Of a DNA stretch of 64,000 bases, positions 1-12,330 are shown in pieces. The notes under the pieces were generated by a model. That model had not been told where the DNA came from. It made no database searches and was given only the letters and a program-made list of their open reading frames with translations. The first letter of the stretch is position 1. Every line of letters begins with the position of its first letter. Origin of the DNA: Mustelus asterias (Eukaryota); assembly GCF_964213995.1 (NCBI RefSeq), contig NW_027590142.1:434001-498000 (forward strand). Reading direction: 5' to 3'. Both the position numbers and the translations under genes were made by a program.

Positions 1-862
1 ACTCAGATAAATGCTGATGAACTGCAGTTTGCTTCTCTGCAGAGATGTTTCTTAGGAAATTCTTTTTCAACAGAAACCGACTGTTTAAAGTTAAATTCTA
101 CTGAAAGATTAGCCTTAAGTAGGTTTAAACGAGCTTTTTTAAACGAACTTTTGATATATTGTTTGGAAAACATGTTGATAAGTTTAAGCTTTTTTTTTAA
201 AAGTTGGAGCCGTCTGGATGATGGTATGGAAAAGTTAATTCGGAAAATGCTGAAACTAGTTTCCAAAAAGTTGACCAACACTTGTCAAATTCTAAGGAAG
301 AATTTGTTTCAAGTATGTTTAGTGCTAAGAAGTTCACAAGATATTTCAGTTCGATACCAGTTTTTCAAATGTTGACCAATTCTAGTTAAACCCCATGGAG
401 AAATATCTTTGAATAAGTTTCGTTTTGAAATGTTCACAAATTAGCCAGAAGGTGGAGATGTTGTAGTTGTTCTCCAAGGGAGCGGAGGAGATTGAGGAGA
501 GATGTAATCGAGGTGGATGAGATTCGGACAGGTTTTGCTCAGGTAGATAAATAAAATATGTTCCCATTAACTCGTGGTGCTAACGGGTCGGGGCATGGAA
601 GGGGACATTTTTTTAAGGTTTTGGGCAATTGACGGAGGGGGGAGGGCGATGGAGGAGGAACATTTTTCCGCAGTGAGTACTAAGCACCAGAACACTTTGC
701 CTCCGAGAGTGGTGGATGGGGTTATTTTAGGTAAATAGAAATTCTGAGGCCGGAAGGTTGACCTCCTCAGAAAGAAAATGGATCTCTAGGAACATTATGT
801 GGCCGCTAAAAGGAACTGCTCGATTGAATTTGACCTGTAAAGGCACCCACTGCTGTGTTGTT

Positions 863-1620
863 TGTTAAGAATCTCGCTGATGTTAAATGTGAGGGTACCC
901 CAAAGTACAAAAAGATTAATTGGAACACAAATTATTAATTGTGGGAATTTTCAATTTGATACAATGTATAAAAAAAGGAAATGAGTGAGACATGGCCCAG
1001 CCTCGTTGCAAATAATTAATAATTGATAGTTATTAAATTAAAGCAGGCACACAACAGTTCAGCAGGACACTTAACTTCAATAATGGCCACACACACAAAG
1101 TATCTCATGAGCATCTCCCCTTTTCCCAGCTGTCCAGGTTCCTGACCTCTGAGAACTGCCCCTCTCCCTAATATCATTCGAAATTATATAACCAAATGAG
1201 TTCAATGCAGATTATAGTGACCAGCCACGGGTCATTTTCCAGTTTGGGAAAACTTTCTTCAGTCCAGCGTAGCGGTTCTTCTCTGTTAGAGTTTCTTTTT
1301 AAACAGCAGCTTTTTTCTGTACATTGCCTTTCTGCAGAGTCTGCTTTCTCCAGCTGGCTGTGGCTATTGTAGTCGCTATTCCTCTCCTCCTGTACGCAGC
1401 TCCCATGGCTATAGTTTCCATTCCATTTGATATTCTGCTATTTTATTTACACCTCTTCACTTCAATCCATAATCACTCAAGTCCACATTTGTTTTCCTGC
1501 GGTTTTGCTAATTCGCATATCAAAAACCCCTTCAGACAGATGTACTTTTATTAATCCAATCCTCCAGCTTATTTTATCCAAATTTGAACTTAAATCTTTA
1601 TATTTATAAATCTTGTAATG
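863..1620. mobile_element. Decayed LTR-like sequence related to 24201-24805
   Basis: Begins TGTTA. The first ~170 nt (gctgatgttaaatgtgagggtacccc...tggaacac...ttcaatttg) align by eye to the start of the 24201 element. Right boundary uncertain. Confidence 0.35.
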
Positions 1621-2406
1621 TTCTGGGGACGGAAGTTGGGGATGGCCTCCATTCTGAACGCGAGAGGCAGGCCAAGGCTTTCTTCAGGGAAGTCCTAATA
1701 TCTGCACACCATGTTGTTCGGGCCTGGGTGAAAGATTTTAGTCGGAATTCCACTGCGAACGAGAAGGGAGAAATTGGTGCTCAGCCAAATCTACGTTTGC
1801 TGCAGCGGGACCGGAGAAATCCAGCTGCGGTCGAGGTCAGAGAAACTCATGTCATAGCATTCTGCGTCCACCTGGTCGCAGTTGGATCACAGCTATGTTT
1901 CCAGACTGTAGAGCTTTTCCATGTCAATGATTTTTAAAGGAGGTCCTCTCCCAGTTTTTGCTCCACTAGTCAATGTCTCTGGTCACTTTGCACCAGATTG
2001 TATTGCTATTGATATTGCAGGAAGTCCTCTTTTATTTTGACATGTGAGTCGGCTTCTGATGATAACAACCAGATCCTGCCTTACGTAATACTTCATTGGA
2101 TCTTACCTATGCTTAACTGGCAGTTTGTGTTTGTTGTAAATAACAAAATATATCTTTCCATATTATTATATGTCTTAGCTAATTTATTATTGTACTGGAC
2201 GTTCCCCCTGCCCACGTTACCTGAGGTCATTGTCTGATTTCATATTACACTCGACAACTTTCTGTTCATACTATATGGTATCACTCCATGTCTCTTTGTA
2301 AAGTCAGATCGTCGCTTTTTCATGCATTCCGCTCAACTGTGTCCCTGTTTGCATTTGAGAATCATCGGCATATATAGAACACATCTCTGTTAATGTTACA
2401 GGTCAT

Positions 2407-2655
2407 GATGTGGAGATGCCGGCGTTGGACTGGGTAAACACAGTAAGAGTTTTAACAACACCAGGTTAAATTCCAACAGGTTTATTTGGTAGCAAATGCC
2501 ATTAGCTTTCGGAGCGCTGCTCCTTCGTCAGATGGAGTGGAAATCTGCTCTCAAGCAGGGCACAGAGACACAAAATCAAGTTACAGAATATTGATTAGAA
2601 TGCGAATCTCTACAACCAACCAGGTCTTAAAGATACAGACAATGTGAGCGGAGGG
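2407..2655. mobile_element. Penelope-like element (PLE) terminal fragment
   Basis: The motif gatgtggagatgccggcgttggactgg...aacaacaccaggttaaa.tccaacaggtttatttgg recurs at 6569, 16095, 46345, 47670-48050 and 52758. Contains a hammerhead motif. Confidence 0.65.
2499..2535 (-). ncRNA. Minimal type I hammerhead ribozyme motif in PLE
   Basis: Minus strand reads CCAU-CUGACGA-A-GGAGC agc GCUCC-GAAA-GC-UA-AUGG. Both core boxes are intact, stem II is perfect and stem I is CCAU/AUGG. Confidence 0.7.
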
Positions 2656-3479
2656 TGGCCAGGTCTTTGATATGAATGCACTGAATTGTGCGTCAGATTT
2701 ATTACACTGGGACCTGATTCATTGATCTCCTTGTGTTACTCTTATGCCTGGATTACTTCGTGGACTATAACAAATTATTGTTCACAATGCTTGAGGCCAT
2801 TCCCAATTACTGCTGCACAAGATTCTCTATCTGTTCATATCGCACCCTGTTTATATCACACTATATGGTGTTATATCTATTAATGTTATCCCGTACAAAC
2901 GTTTATATCACAATCATCCTACCTCAATTGTTAATGCACACAAATTACCTCCATTTGTATTACACTAAAACCCTGCCTCAGCTATGAGCGCACCAGAATA
3001 TGTATCAGTTTTTAAAAGACTAGGCCCTGCCTCTGTTCTACGACAGTACAGCTTGTCTACATTTCTATTGTATTGGATACTGCTTATGTAATTTGCCGAC
3101 TTGTCTGTTATCTCTGCACCATGTCTCCTATCTATAACTTATATCGTTACCGTGCTGTATTGCTGTGCCCTGTTTCGAGCGTGGCAGCTGCTAATATTGC
3201 GCTTGGACCTGGCTCACTTATTACAGCAGAAGACAATGCCACTACTTACGTTAGAAAAATGTGCATCTTGCCTATATTGTCCCGTTCCTGTCGCAGGTAT
3301 CACTGTAGTAGACATGTCCGTGTCCCGAGTACACTGGACCCTGTATCAGTAGTTACTGCAATGAATAAAATATGTTTTTCCATTCCTAAATGATTGTCAG
3401 TCCGTAAACATCGCCCCTGTGTCAATTAAATCAGAACTAAACCATGTCTTCGTTTCAATTATACCAGACGCTTCCTCAG

Positions 3480-3720
3480 ATTCCGAACAGCACTGTGCGT
3501 GTACCTACACCTCTGGGACAGCAGAGGTTCAAGAGAAGGCAGCTGAACACAACCTTCTCAAGGGCAACTAAGGTTCGACAATAAATGCAGGTCTGACCAG
3601 TGACACCCAAAGAACAAAGACCAAAGAACAATACAGCACAGGAACAGGCCCTTCGGCCCTCCAAGCCCGCGCCTCTCCCTGGTCCCAACTAGACCATTCT
3701 TTTGTATCCCTCCATCCCCA
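3480..3720. mobile_element. LINE 3' end fragments (L2/CR1-group tail, then a CR1 3' tail on the minus strand)
   Basis: aaccttctcaagggcaactaagg...caataaatgc resembles the LINE/SINE tails at 35800 and 12260. tacagcacaggaacaggcccttcggccc matches the CR1 tails at 9286 and 12992. Confidence 0.55.
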
Positions 3721-4334
3721 CTCATATCTGATCCATTATTTCTAAAATACAATTACAGCACGCACACACATACACACACACACAATAGATATCAGTTAGT
3801 GCTTTACAAGAATATGTTCCTGCTAAAATGTATTAGACATTGATTCTGTTTATATTACACAAGGTATGCCTTTATTTTGCAGCAAGATACCTTGCATTTA
3901 TTTATAAAACTATTTATCTGTTCATATTACTCTGCTTTCTGTGTCAACTAATACTACACTGGACCATAACTTAAGCAGGCACATACGTGTTCTTTGCGAT
4001 CTAAACGGACTAGCGCTCATACGTGTTTCTTGTTTCTATTTTTCATTGAGTCATTTCTGCTGTTTGTTCTGAAAAGCGTTTCGGATCTTCAATGGAGTGA
4101 TCGTGTCTCAACGAAACTAAACTCAGTGTGGGCACGTGGTCAAATAGACTTGCACATTACATTCTGGAATATATTGACAGCACTTTAGAAATGACACCTG
4201 TTCAACTTTTCCTGATCTCCTTTCTAATGCGTATAATAGAATATGTGAAGCCTTTATTGATGCGAATTGTCAGTCTGTCCCCTATACTATGTAAATATTG
4301 AGATGTACTTCTTTCTCTATTGTATACAATCCAG

Positions 4335-4716
4335 ATGCCTCCTGTAATAGTTAGATTGCGATTGATTTTCCTCATTTTCGAAGAGGGAGAGATATGCTCG
4401 TAATCAATAAAGTGGTTATGTAATGTTTTACATGTTATGTTGCAGGTAAAATCCAAGGGAATTCGGTTCCACAGTGTCAACTTAAGTTAAAGGTATCTGA
4501 GGGAGCTAATGTGCAATTGAACTTCAGTTCTGTTGATCCGGATCGCTACTGGAACCAGCCACTCCAGTTTATATTGTATCGGGATAACACCAAGAACGCC
4601 GAGTTTTCCGAAGGAAAATTCGATGCTCGACATTTCCGTCAATATCAGGTTTTCACTTTGTCAATTTTTACAGTGGGGACTAAAGACAGCGCCCTCTATT
4701 TCTGTGGATTGAGTAT
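4335..4716 (+). pseudogene. TCR alpha/delta V pseudogene, related to the V at 6051
   Basis: Acceptor tgcag|g at 4446. Exon reads KIQGNSVPQ...EGANVQLNFSSVDPDRYWNQPLQFILYRD...FSEGKF...DSALYFCGLS. First Cys is lost and FR2 is partly deleted. The putative leader MPPVIVRLRLIFLIF at 4335 lacks a GT donor. Confidence 0.8.
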
Positions 4717-4754
4717 CATGATGCTTCAAACCGGCTGCGACCCGAACAAAAACC
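4717..4754 (+). other. Degenerate RSS (catgatg, 22-bp spacer, acaaaaacc)
   Basis: Consensus nonamer. The heptamer has lost the essential CAC. Confidence 0.75.
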
Positions 4755-6050
4755 TCGTTAAAACGCAACGAAGTCGGGGAGATCAGCAAAGGCATCTTCC
4801 AACCATGAAAAATAAAATCCCTCGTTTATATAATGATTCACAAAACCTAACAGTTTTGTTCTGACAAATTGTTGTCAAGGTTTACAGGCATCGGTTCCGT
4901 TTAGTGAATAGAGAAACTGAATTTGTCCCCTTGGAAAAGAGAAGGTCCAGGTGAATTTAAAATGAAGTGTCAAAACTAATGAAAGGTTTTTAAATAATAT
5001 ATGACGAGGAATTATTTAAATGGGCAGCAAGGATGACAATGAAAAGATACTGATTAAAAATAATAAGTAAATAGAAATGCTGGAGAAATTTATGATTATG
5101 TTCAAAGCGCGCCGTTATGATCTTCAAAACACTGCCTGAAAGACTGGTGGAAGCATTTGCAGTGATAAATAACTGGGCGCATGTTGGAAAAAGATCAAAG
5201 TAGAGGACAAAAAAATATGTATCTGATCTGAAGGAATAGCTCTTGTAGACGAGAAGTACAAACAACTTAGCCGAATGCCTTCCTTCTGTGTCGTTTTATC
5301 CAGTGATTCAATAAATCATATCCAATCCTAACTCCGGCATAAACAACCGTTCCTGCTGTTGTCTCTCGTTCAGAATCCTAAGAGTGCCTCCAGAATAACA
5401 CCTGGAAGCACCTTCCACATTCACACTGACGTGGTGCAGGATGAGACCACAACGTGTTTATGTGAGGTTCGCGATGGACAATAAATAGTGGTCTTGCTGT
5501 AATCGCCGATAACTAGAGAAGAGATAGAACAAACCAAAAATATATGGCACCTTATGAGAATCAGCACATAATTTCATCCTCGCTTCGCATAATTCATCCG
5601 TTCCTTTTTAATTGTGTCTTGTTCGCTCTCGATGTTTTCCTTTATTTCAGGCCTGTTTCCTCTCTGCCAGTTTCTCTCATTCACTTCTTTGCATCTATAA
5701 TCAAGTTCAATGGCAAATTACATGGCCAATTGTTATTTTTTCTGAACAAGTGGCGTGAGGGGGGAAGGGGCGGGGCTGAATTCCAAACACAAGCCCCGCC
5801 CAGAGCAGTGACGCGGTCAGATGGTGTAACAGGACCTGGAGAGACTGTATCTGAGCAGCCAGCACTCTTACTAACATGCTGCTCCCCAGTTATCGCATTG
5901 CTACTTTATATGAGTAAACGATTTCCCGAGACACTTCCTCTCCTTCTGTTTTAGCTTTCTGTACAACAGTCGCTTAATTTAAAAGATTACAATAGTAAAT
6001 TCATCCATATCTCCAACATGCGATTCAAGGAGATCACTGGCCAAGAAATA

Positions 6051-6501
6051 ATGGGGCACTTCTGTTTTTGTCATTTGGTTATAGTGTGGCTGATGTTCGG
6101 TATGTAAAACCATAACTTCTTATCTGCTGGCAGCATTGTGATGCTAATGGTCCCGCCGCTCAGTATTGCGTTAAAACTTTCCTTGTGTTCTATTCAGGGC
6201 TGATTCAAGCAGACTCTGTGTCGCAACCTCAGACTGAACTGTATATTACTGAAGGAGATAGAGTGAAAATGGACTGCAGCTACACGACAAGTTACAGCGA
6301 TCCCGACCTTTACTGGTACAGACAGCACACGGACCAGGCTCCGCATTTTATTTTGTACCGAGATAGAAGCAGCAGAAGAGACGCAGATTTTGCCAAGGGA
6401 AAATTCGAGGCCGGTCAGACGAATGCAGAAAATAATTTTCCTTTAACGCTTACTCGAGCAGAAATCCAAGATACCGCTGTCTATTTCTGCGCGTTGAGAG
6501 A
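6051..6501 (+). CDS. TCR delta/alpha V segment, apparently functional (leader 6051-6099, V exon 6198-6501)
   Basis: Leader MGHFCFCHLVIVWLMF g|gtatgt. Phase-1 acceptor ttcag|gg. V exon reads DSVSQ...MDC...WYRQ...DTAVYFCALRD with both Cys and the Trp intact. Confidence 0.92.
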
Positions 6502-6540
6502 CACAGAGGTTTAAAACTCATCTATCGCTGTACATAAACC
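6502..6540 (+). other. 23-RSS (cacagag, 23 bp, acataaacc)
   Basis: Directly abuts CALRD; spacer counted as 23 nt. Confidence 0.9.
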
Positions 6541-6696
6541 TCATCAAACAGAACTGGCACAGGTGGTGTGATGTGGAGATGGCGGCGTTGGACTGGGGTA
6601 AACACAGTAAGAAGTTTAACAACACCAGGTCGCCAGTTCAAGTTCTATCCGCGGTTCCGTGTTAACTTACATTTCCGAATTCTATCGCGTCTAATT

Positions 6697-6900
6697 CAGG
6701 AAACTGTGGGTTCAGGTCTCCCTCCAGAGACCTGAGCGCACATTCAGCTGCCACTTACACTGCCAGTACAAATGGAGTCGGAGCGTCGCCGCAGTGAATT
6801 GCTCAGATAAAGAACTAAATAAAGGATCCGCCTGGTCTTTCTGGAGGGTCGTAAACACTTGACCGCACTCACCTCTAAAGCAAGGCAATTCTCTAAGACA
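6697..6900 (+). mobile_element. Old Deu-domain SINE (SacSINE1/AmnSINE-like) remnant
   Basis: gggttcaggtctccctccagagacctgagcgcac...cagtac resembles the DeuSINE 5'/core as recalled. A related 3' part lies at ~27600-27790. Confidence 0.45.
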
Positions 6901-7819
6901 TTTACACCTCCGTCGACAAGCTACAGTAGATGATCATGTTACGTGGGATCTTGTTCTGTTCATAGCGACTCTTTCCTCCATTACAATAGTGACTGCACTT
7001 CAGATTTATTTCATATTTGTTGCGGGCAGGCTGGATGGACTCGGCCGTCCTTCTCTGTCTGTCATTGTTGGCAGCAATAGAAAATAATGCAACTTGCGGG
7101 CCTGCAAACATCTTTTTCAGTTTCCCACTCATCACTCATCCAAACAATGCCAATTGCCTGACTGGGCCTTAGGCCCGGTCCTGGGATGCTGAGTTTTCAA
7201 ATAACCGAACTTTGGTTTCTGTACCAATCCAGCGACAGCGCTTGAACTCAGTCCTCTGAAAGGTCCTTAGTTCCTCGCGTGCAATATCTCACTGGATTAC
7301 AAACCGCTTTCCTTCACCTTTCAGATCATTTGTCTCATTATCCTGCTCAAGCTCTCTTCTCAATCTTCTCCTCATCCACATTCTGCACAAGAGTGTTTTT
7401 AATGACCTCGTTGCTATTCTTTGAGCGAAGGACAGCGAAAACCACAGGATGTTAGTTATACCAATCAGGAAAAAAAAACCTGATGAAATATACGTGTTCA
7501 ACCGAGTTTTATCTGGTTGTTTGCAAACATGGGCAATTTATTCTGACAAATGCTTGTTCAGAAATCGGAAAGATGGCAGCATTAAACTCGAGACTTTCAG
7601 CTGTTATTGTGCTCCCTGTGTGGGAGTTAGAGAGGGGGTGCTGTGAAGCGGTGAGAACTGAGTAAAAGATGGGGAAGAGCAATCATGGAAATGTTACAGT
7701 ATATCATAAAGCAATGCAGTGCAATGGAAAACAGTCAGCTGCTGAAAGTGACCGGCACCGACAGGCCCACATGTTCCTAAGTGAATAAGCGATGAAGAGT
7801 TCTTGGGATTACCTACCAG

Positions 7820-8760
7820 GTCTGCTGTTTGCAGATGATAGAAAATGTTGCTGTAATGAGCTGTGAGAAGGATGCAGAGATGCTTCAGCGTGATTTGGAC
7901 AGGCTGAGTGTGTGGGTATGTGCATGGCAGATGCAGTATAATTTGGATGCAGTATAATGTGAGGTTATCCACTTTTGTAGCAAAAATAGGAAGACAGATT
8001 ATCACTTGAATGGGTATAAATTGAGAGAGGTTGATATTCAACGGCGACTTGGACATTGTGCATCAATTGCTGAAATTAAGCGCGCAGGTGTAGCAGGCAG
8101 CAAAGAAGGCAAATGACATGTTGGCCTTCATAGCAAGTGGATTTTAATTTAGGGATAAGGATGTTTTACTGCTGTTGTATCAGGCTTTGGAAAGGCCAAA
8201 TCTGAAGAATTGTGTACAGTTTTGGTGTCCTTATCTGAGGAAAGAAGTCCTTATAATCGAGGGAGTACAGCGAAGATTTACCAAACGGATTCCTGTGATG
8301 GCAAGTCTGTCATATGAGGAGAGACTAAGTCGGTTAGGATTATATTCATTGGAGTTCAGAAGAGTCAGAGAGGATCTCACAGAAATTTATAAAATTCTAA
8401 GAGGGTTAGACAGGGTAGATACAGAAAGAATGTTCTCAATGCTGTCCGAGTCCAGAATTAGGGGTCATAGTTTGAGGATAAGGGGTAAACCATTTAGTAC
8501 TGAAGTGAGGAGAAATTTCTTCAGTCGGGGTGGTGGTGAATGGATGGAATTCACTGGCACCGAATGTAGTTGAGGGCAAAACGTTGTCTGATTTCAAGAA
8601 GAAATTAGGTATAGCTCTTGGAGTTAAAGGGTTCAAGGGATGTGGAGAGAATGGGGGATCAGGATATTGGATTTCATGATCAGCCATGATCAAGATGAAT
8701 GGCGGAGCAGGCTCGAAGGGCCAAATGTCCTACTCCTGCTTCTAGTTCCTATTTTTCTAT
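7820..8760 (+). mobile_element. CR1 LINE 3' fragment
   Basis: RT C-terminus (CVQFWCPYLRK...EGVQRRFTKRIP...LGLYSLEFRR...RGHSLRIRG) followed by a CR1 3' UTR and simple-repeat tail. Confidence 0.88.
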
Positions 8761-8892
8761 ATATCAATTAACAGAGGGTAATTGGATGCCCCTCTCTATG
8801 TGTTTCAGTGGCTGACAGCCTCATTGTGATTGCACCTTTCCGAAATTCTGGACAATTTCACCAGGCAGGAACTGCAGTTTCAGTCGGAAGAC

Positions 8893-8931
8893 TGTTTTTG
8901 TACTGAGTTGGTACTGTTTTCTATTACTGTG
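8893..8931 (-). other. 23-RSS (cacagta, 23 bp, acaaaaaca)
   Basis: Follows YYCALG on the minus strand; spacer 8902-8924. Confidence 0.85.
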
Positions 8932-9791
8932 AGTCCCAGTGCGCAGTAATAAACGGCGGCGTTAGTCGGCTGCAGGTCCACGATGGTTAACTTTGTGGTG
9001 GAGTCTGACAACTGGAGTCAGAAGCAAAACGGTTCCCTAACGCCGAGCCTTTCCATTCCATAACATCTCAAGGCCTCTCCACACAACAAACTGGGGCTCT
9101 TTCGCTGTTTGCTGTTGGTACCAAAATACATAATACCTTACTTCTGTAGTGCTAGAGGTACACTTTATAGTCTCGGCTTCACTTTCTTTGACGCCCACTG
9201 ATGCCCGGGACTGAGTAATGTAATCTCCATAACTCTGATCTGCAACGTGTTCAGGAACATAGAACATAGGTAGAACATAGAACAGTACAGCACAGAACAG
9301 GCCCTTCGGCCCACGATGTTGTGCCGAGCTTTATCTGAAACCAAGATCAAGCTATCCCACTCCCTATCATCCTGGTGTGCTCCATGTGCCTATCCAATAA
9401 CCGCTTAAATGTTCCTAAAGTGTCTGACTCCACTATCACTGCAGGCAGTCCATTCCACACCCCAACCACTCTCTGTGTAAAGAACCTACCTCTGATATCC
9501 TTCCTATATCTCCCACCACGAACCCTATAGTTATGCCCCCTTGTAATAGCTCCATCCACCCGAGGAAATAGTCTTTGAACGTTCACTCTATCTATCCCCT
9601 TCATCATTTTATAAACCTCTATTAAGTCGCCCCTCAGCCTCCTCCGCTCCAGAGAGAACAGCCCTAGCTCCCTCAAGACAAGACTGGACATTAACAAAAA
9701 CGTAACACTTTAGTTTGAATGGAACACTGATGAAATCATCCTCACCATCCAAAATCATCCCAAACACAATCCAGAATCTGAATATCTGCAC
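8932..9791 (-). pseudogene. TCR V pseudogene (leader 9791-9746, V exon 9239-8932)
   Basis: Leader (GTG)QIFRFWIVFGMILD g|gtgag has lost its ATG. V exon reads DYITQ...IKC...FWYQQQ..., then a frameshift/stop, then ...LQPTNAAVYYCALG. A CR1 fragment sits in the intron. TATA-like ttataaa at ~9825. Confidence 0.85.
9257..9676 (-). mobile_element. Young CR1 3' fragment inside a V intron
   Basis: (AACATAG)n tail; ELGLFSLERRRLRGDLIEVYK. Near-identical to 12973-13380. Confidence 0.9.
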
Positions 9792-10602
9792 GGCTGCGGC
9801 CGAGCCCGAACCTCTCTCTCCCTTTATAATGTCAAACCCGGACCAGTTAAAAAAACACACAGGACTGAATTGGTCAAAATCTCTTCCTCCTGCCATCATT
9901 TGCCGGCAATGACACAATCCACAAGATACTTAAATCAGATTCAAATTGGGGGCCTGGGTTAGCTGATGTTCTTTCACCGAAAGGATTAAATATTTCCTGG
10001 TGGGATCAGTCATTCAGTGAGTGCACTCAAACCAGCAAGTTAACTGTCTTTACTGAGGTCTGTGATTCATTTCCTGGGGCCACTGATCTTGTTCCACTGA
10101 TGTGTGATTATATTAAATGGGGCCACTGATAAAATATAATCACACATCAGAAATCGAATAAGATTATATTAAAGAGCATGTTGGCCTCTCTGTCTTTGTC
10201 TCAGGCCCCTCTCGCTCTCTCTTGTTATCTCCCTAATTCTCCCTCTCCCTCTTCTCTATTCTTCTTACTTTCTTCTTTTCTATTTTTCTGATCCTAACTC
10301 TTTCTTTTACTCTCTGCGTCCATCTTGGCGTCCAGCGCGCTACCTCTTTGTGCCTCACGGCCTTTGACTCCCTTTTTTCGCTGCCGTTCTTTCTTCCTGT
10401 TTATTTTTCCTTGCCTTTCTGTCACCCTATTTTCTCAGGACCTCAATCATTCAGAATGCGTTTACACACCGATTAACTCTATTTCTGACTACATTCACAC
10501 AGCAATAAACGGTCTCGGTCTGATTCTGCAACTGCCAGAGGTGAAGGTTCAGAGTTCACAAACTGAACTCCCATCTCTCGGCTGATGTTGCATTCCAGCG
10601 AT

Positions 10603-10641
10603 AGTTTCCGTACGGGGCTTGTATCAGTTTGTATCACTGTG
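10603..10641 (-). other. 23-RSS (cacagtg, 23 bp, weak nonamer acggaaact)
   Basis: Consensus heptamer after YYCALII; nonamer degenerate. Confidence 0.75.
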
Positions 10642-10949
10642 AATGATCAGCGCACAATAATACACCCCACTGTCACTCAGCTGTACATCTGTCAGGGCTA
10701 AACTGAAGAAACGATCCAATACTCGGAGTTTTGACCAGAATCGGCCTCCCACACGCTCAGCTTTCTCTGCTTCTCCCTCCGAATTCCTTTTGATTAAAAA
10801 TACCGGCTCCTCCCTCGGTTTTTGTCGGTACCAGAGCAGATCATCGCGGCGGCTGTCTGTGGAGAATGAACAGGGCAACAACATGCGTTCTTGCTCCAAA
10901 CATGATACTGACGGTGCAGTTTGCTTAACAATATCAGAATAACACAGTC
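10642..10949 (-). CDS. TCR delta-type V exon, open, no leader found (candidate NAR-TCR supporting V)
   Basis: Phase-1 acceptor tttgaag|ga. Reads GLCYSDIVKQ...LPCSF...WYRQ...DSGVYYCALII. The nearest upstream ATG/GT pair (11134-11079) gives a stop or no hydrophobic in-frame leader. Confidence 0.8.
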
Positions 10950-12074
10950 CTTCAAAAGGTAACCAGAAAACAGATATATGTTTAAATATGAGGAACCTCA
11001 GTCAACATTCATTCATTCTCCTGGACATAGAATCATTGAATGTTACAACAAATAAAGAGAACATTCAGTATATATTACCCGCATTGACAGACGAAGGAGT
11101 TACTATTTTATCCCGCAGTCTGTTCTTTCCGCATTGCACTGAAAATCTCCGACCTTCAAATATTCATGCAGTTTCTTAACAGTTAAGATGAAATTTACTT
11201 TAATTTATATTTCAATCAGCATATAGAAACGGAATCTGCTGCAGAAACTCAGCAGGTCTGGCAGCATCTGTGAAGACAGAAACAGAGTTAACGTCTGGAG
11301 TCCATATGACTTTTGTTCAGATTCTGTAGAAGAGTCATATGGACTCAAAATATTAAATTTCTTTCTCTCTGGTTGACATACTTCATGCGAAGCCTGATTA
11401 TTTTTGGAAAAACCTTTTGTTTTTGCATTTGCACATTATAAATAGAGGCAAGAATTCTATCTGATTTTTAAAGTGCAATTTGAACCAACACCTTCAGCGT
11501 TTTCCTTACAAACATCGAAAGTTCTTTCCCTCCAATTACCTAATTTTTAACTGCAGCAAACTATTGTAAATTTCACTCCAATGAAAGTGAATGGTCATTC
11601 AAAACTCGCATCCGTCCGTCCGGTTTCTAACCGTCATGAAAACTTGCCCTAATTTCTCTCAGTTGTCGGTTGGTTCAGTCTGTTCAGTTTCCGCAGTGGT
11701 TTTACTCACTGGGAACTGCCTTCAGGGTATGTGAGAATTTCAATCCTTTTAGTCCATTGGCTGATTGTTCCCTGTTCTTTCTGAACACAATAGTCTCTGA
11801 GTGAACATTCTACACTTTCCACTTAACACGAATGGGCCACTCGGTTCAGCTGGTCGAAGATTGTCCTCGTCCGCCCCTTCACCTCTCGAACCGGAAATAA
11901 CCATTTCCATCCTGAGCTGTGTGTCTTTTTATTCCTCACTCCCAAGCTGTTCCATAAATTCATCACGCCGTTTCTCCAAAGAGCGAGTTTCACATTCTGA
12001 TGTGTCTCCGTGTAAATATACCCGAATGTTTCTATCTCTCCTGATAGACATTTCATATTCCATATATAAATATC

Positions 12075-12330
12075 TACTTCTTCTGGGGAACCTGGTTCGA
12101 ATCCTGCCTCGGCAGTTGGTGGAATTTGACTTCAATTTTAAAAATCTGAAGTTAAGTATCTGCTGCTGACCGCGAAACCATTTCCGATTTTTAGAAAAAG
12201 CCACAGCAATGTGATTGACTCTCAACTGCCCTTAAAAATGGCCTAGCCAGCCATTGATTTGAAGGGCGACCAGGGATGCACAATAAATGATGGCCAACCA
12301 GCGACGCCATGTCACACGAATGATTTAAAG
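12075..12330 (+). mobile_element. tRNA-derived SINE (family also at ~15690-16015 -, ~32800-33180 +, ~56580-56850 +)
   Basis: B box ggttcgaatc, shared core agcaatgtg.ttgactct.aactgcc, and a LINE-like 3' tail. Confidence 0.6.

Noticed and set aside
6902-7135. Minus-strand ORF with LKC...IIYCS
   Set aside because: No WYxQ, wrong Cys spacing, and no RSS.
7450-7620. Possible V relic (YQ.GKK...SAV/YCA-like)
   Set aside because: No conserved Cys/Trp spacing and no RSS.
11079-11134. Possible leader exon for V(10949)
   Set aside because: The ATG frame hits TAA after 8 codons. The frame matching the donor has no ATG and is not hydrophobic.
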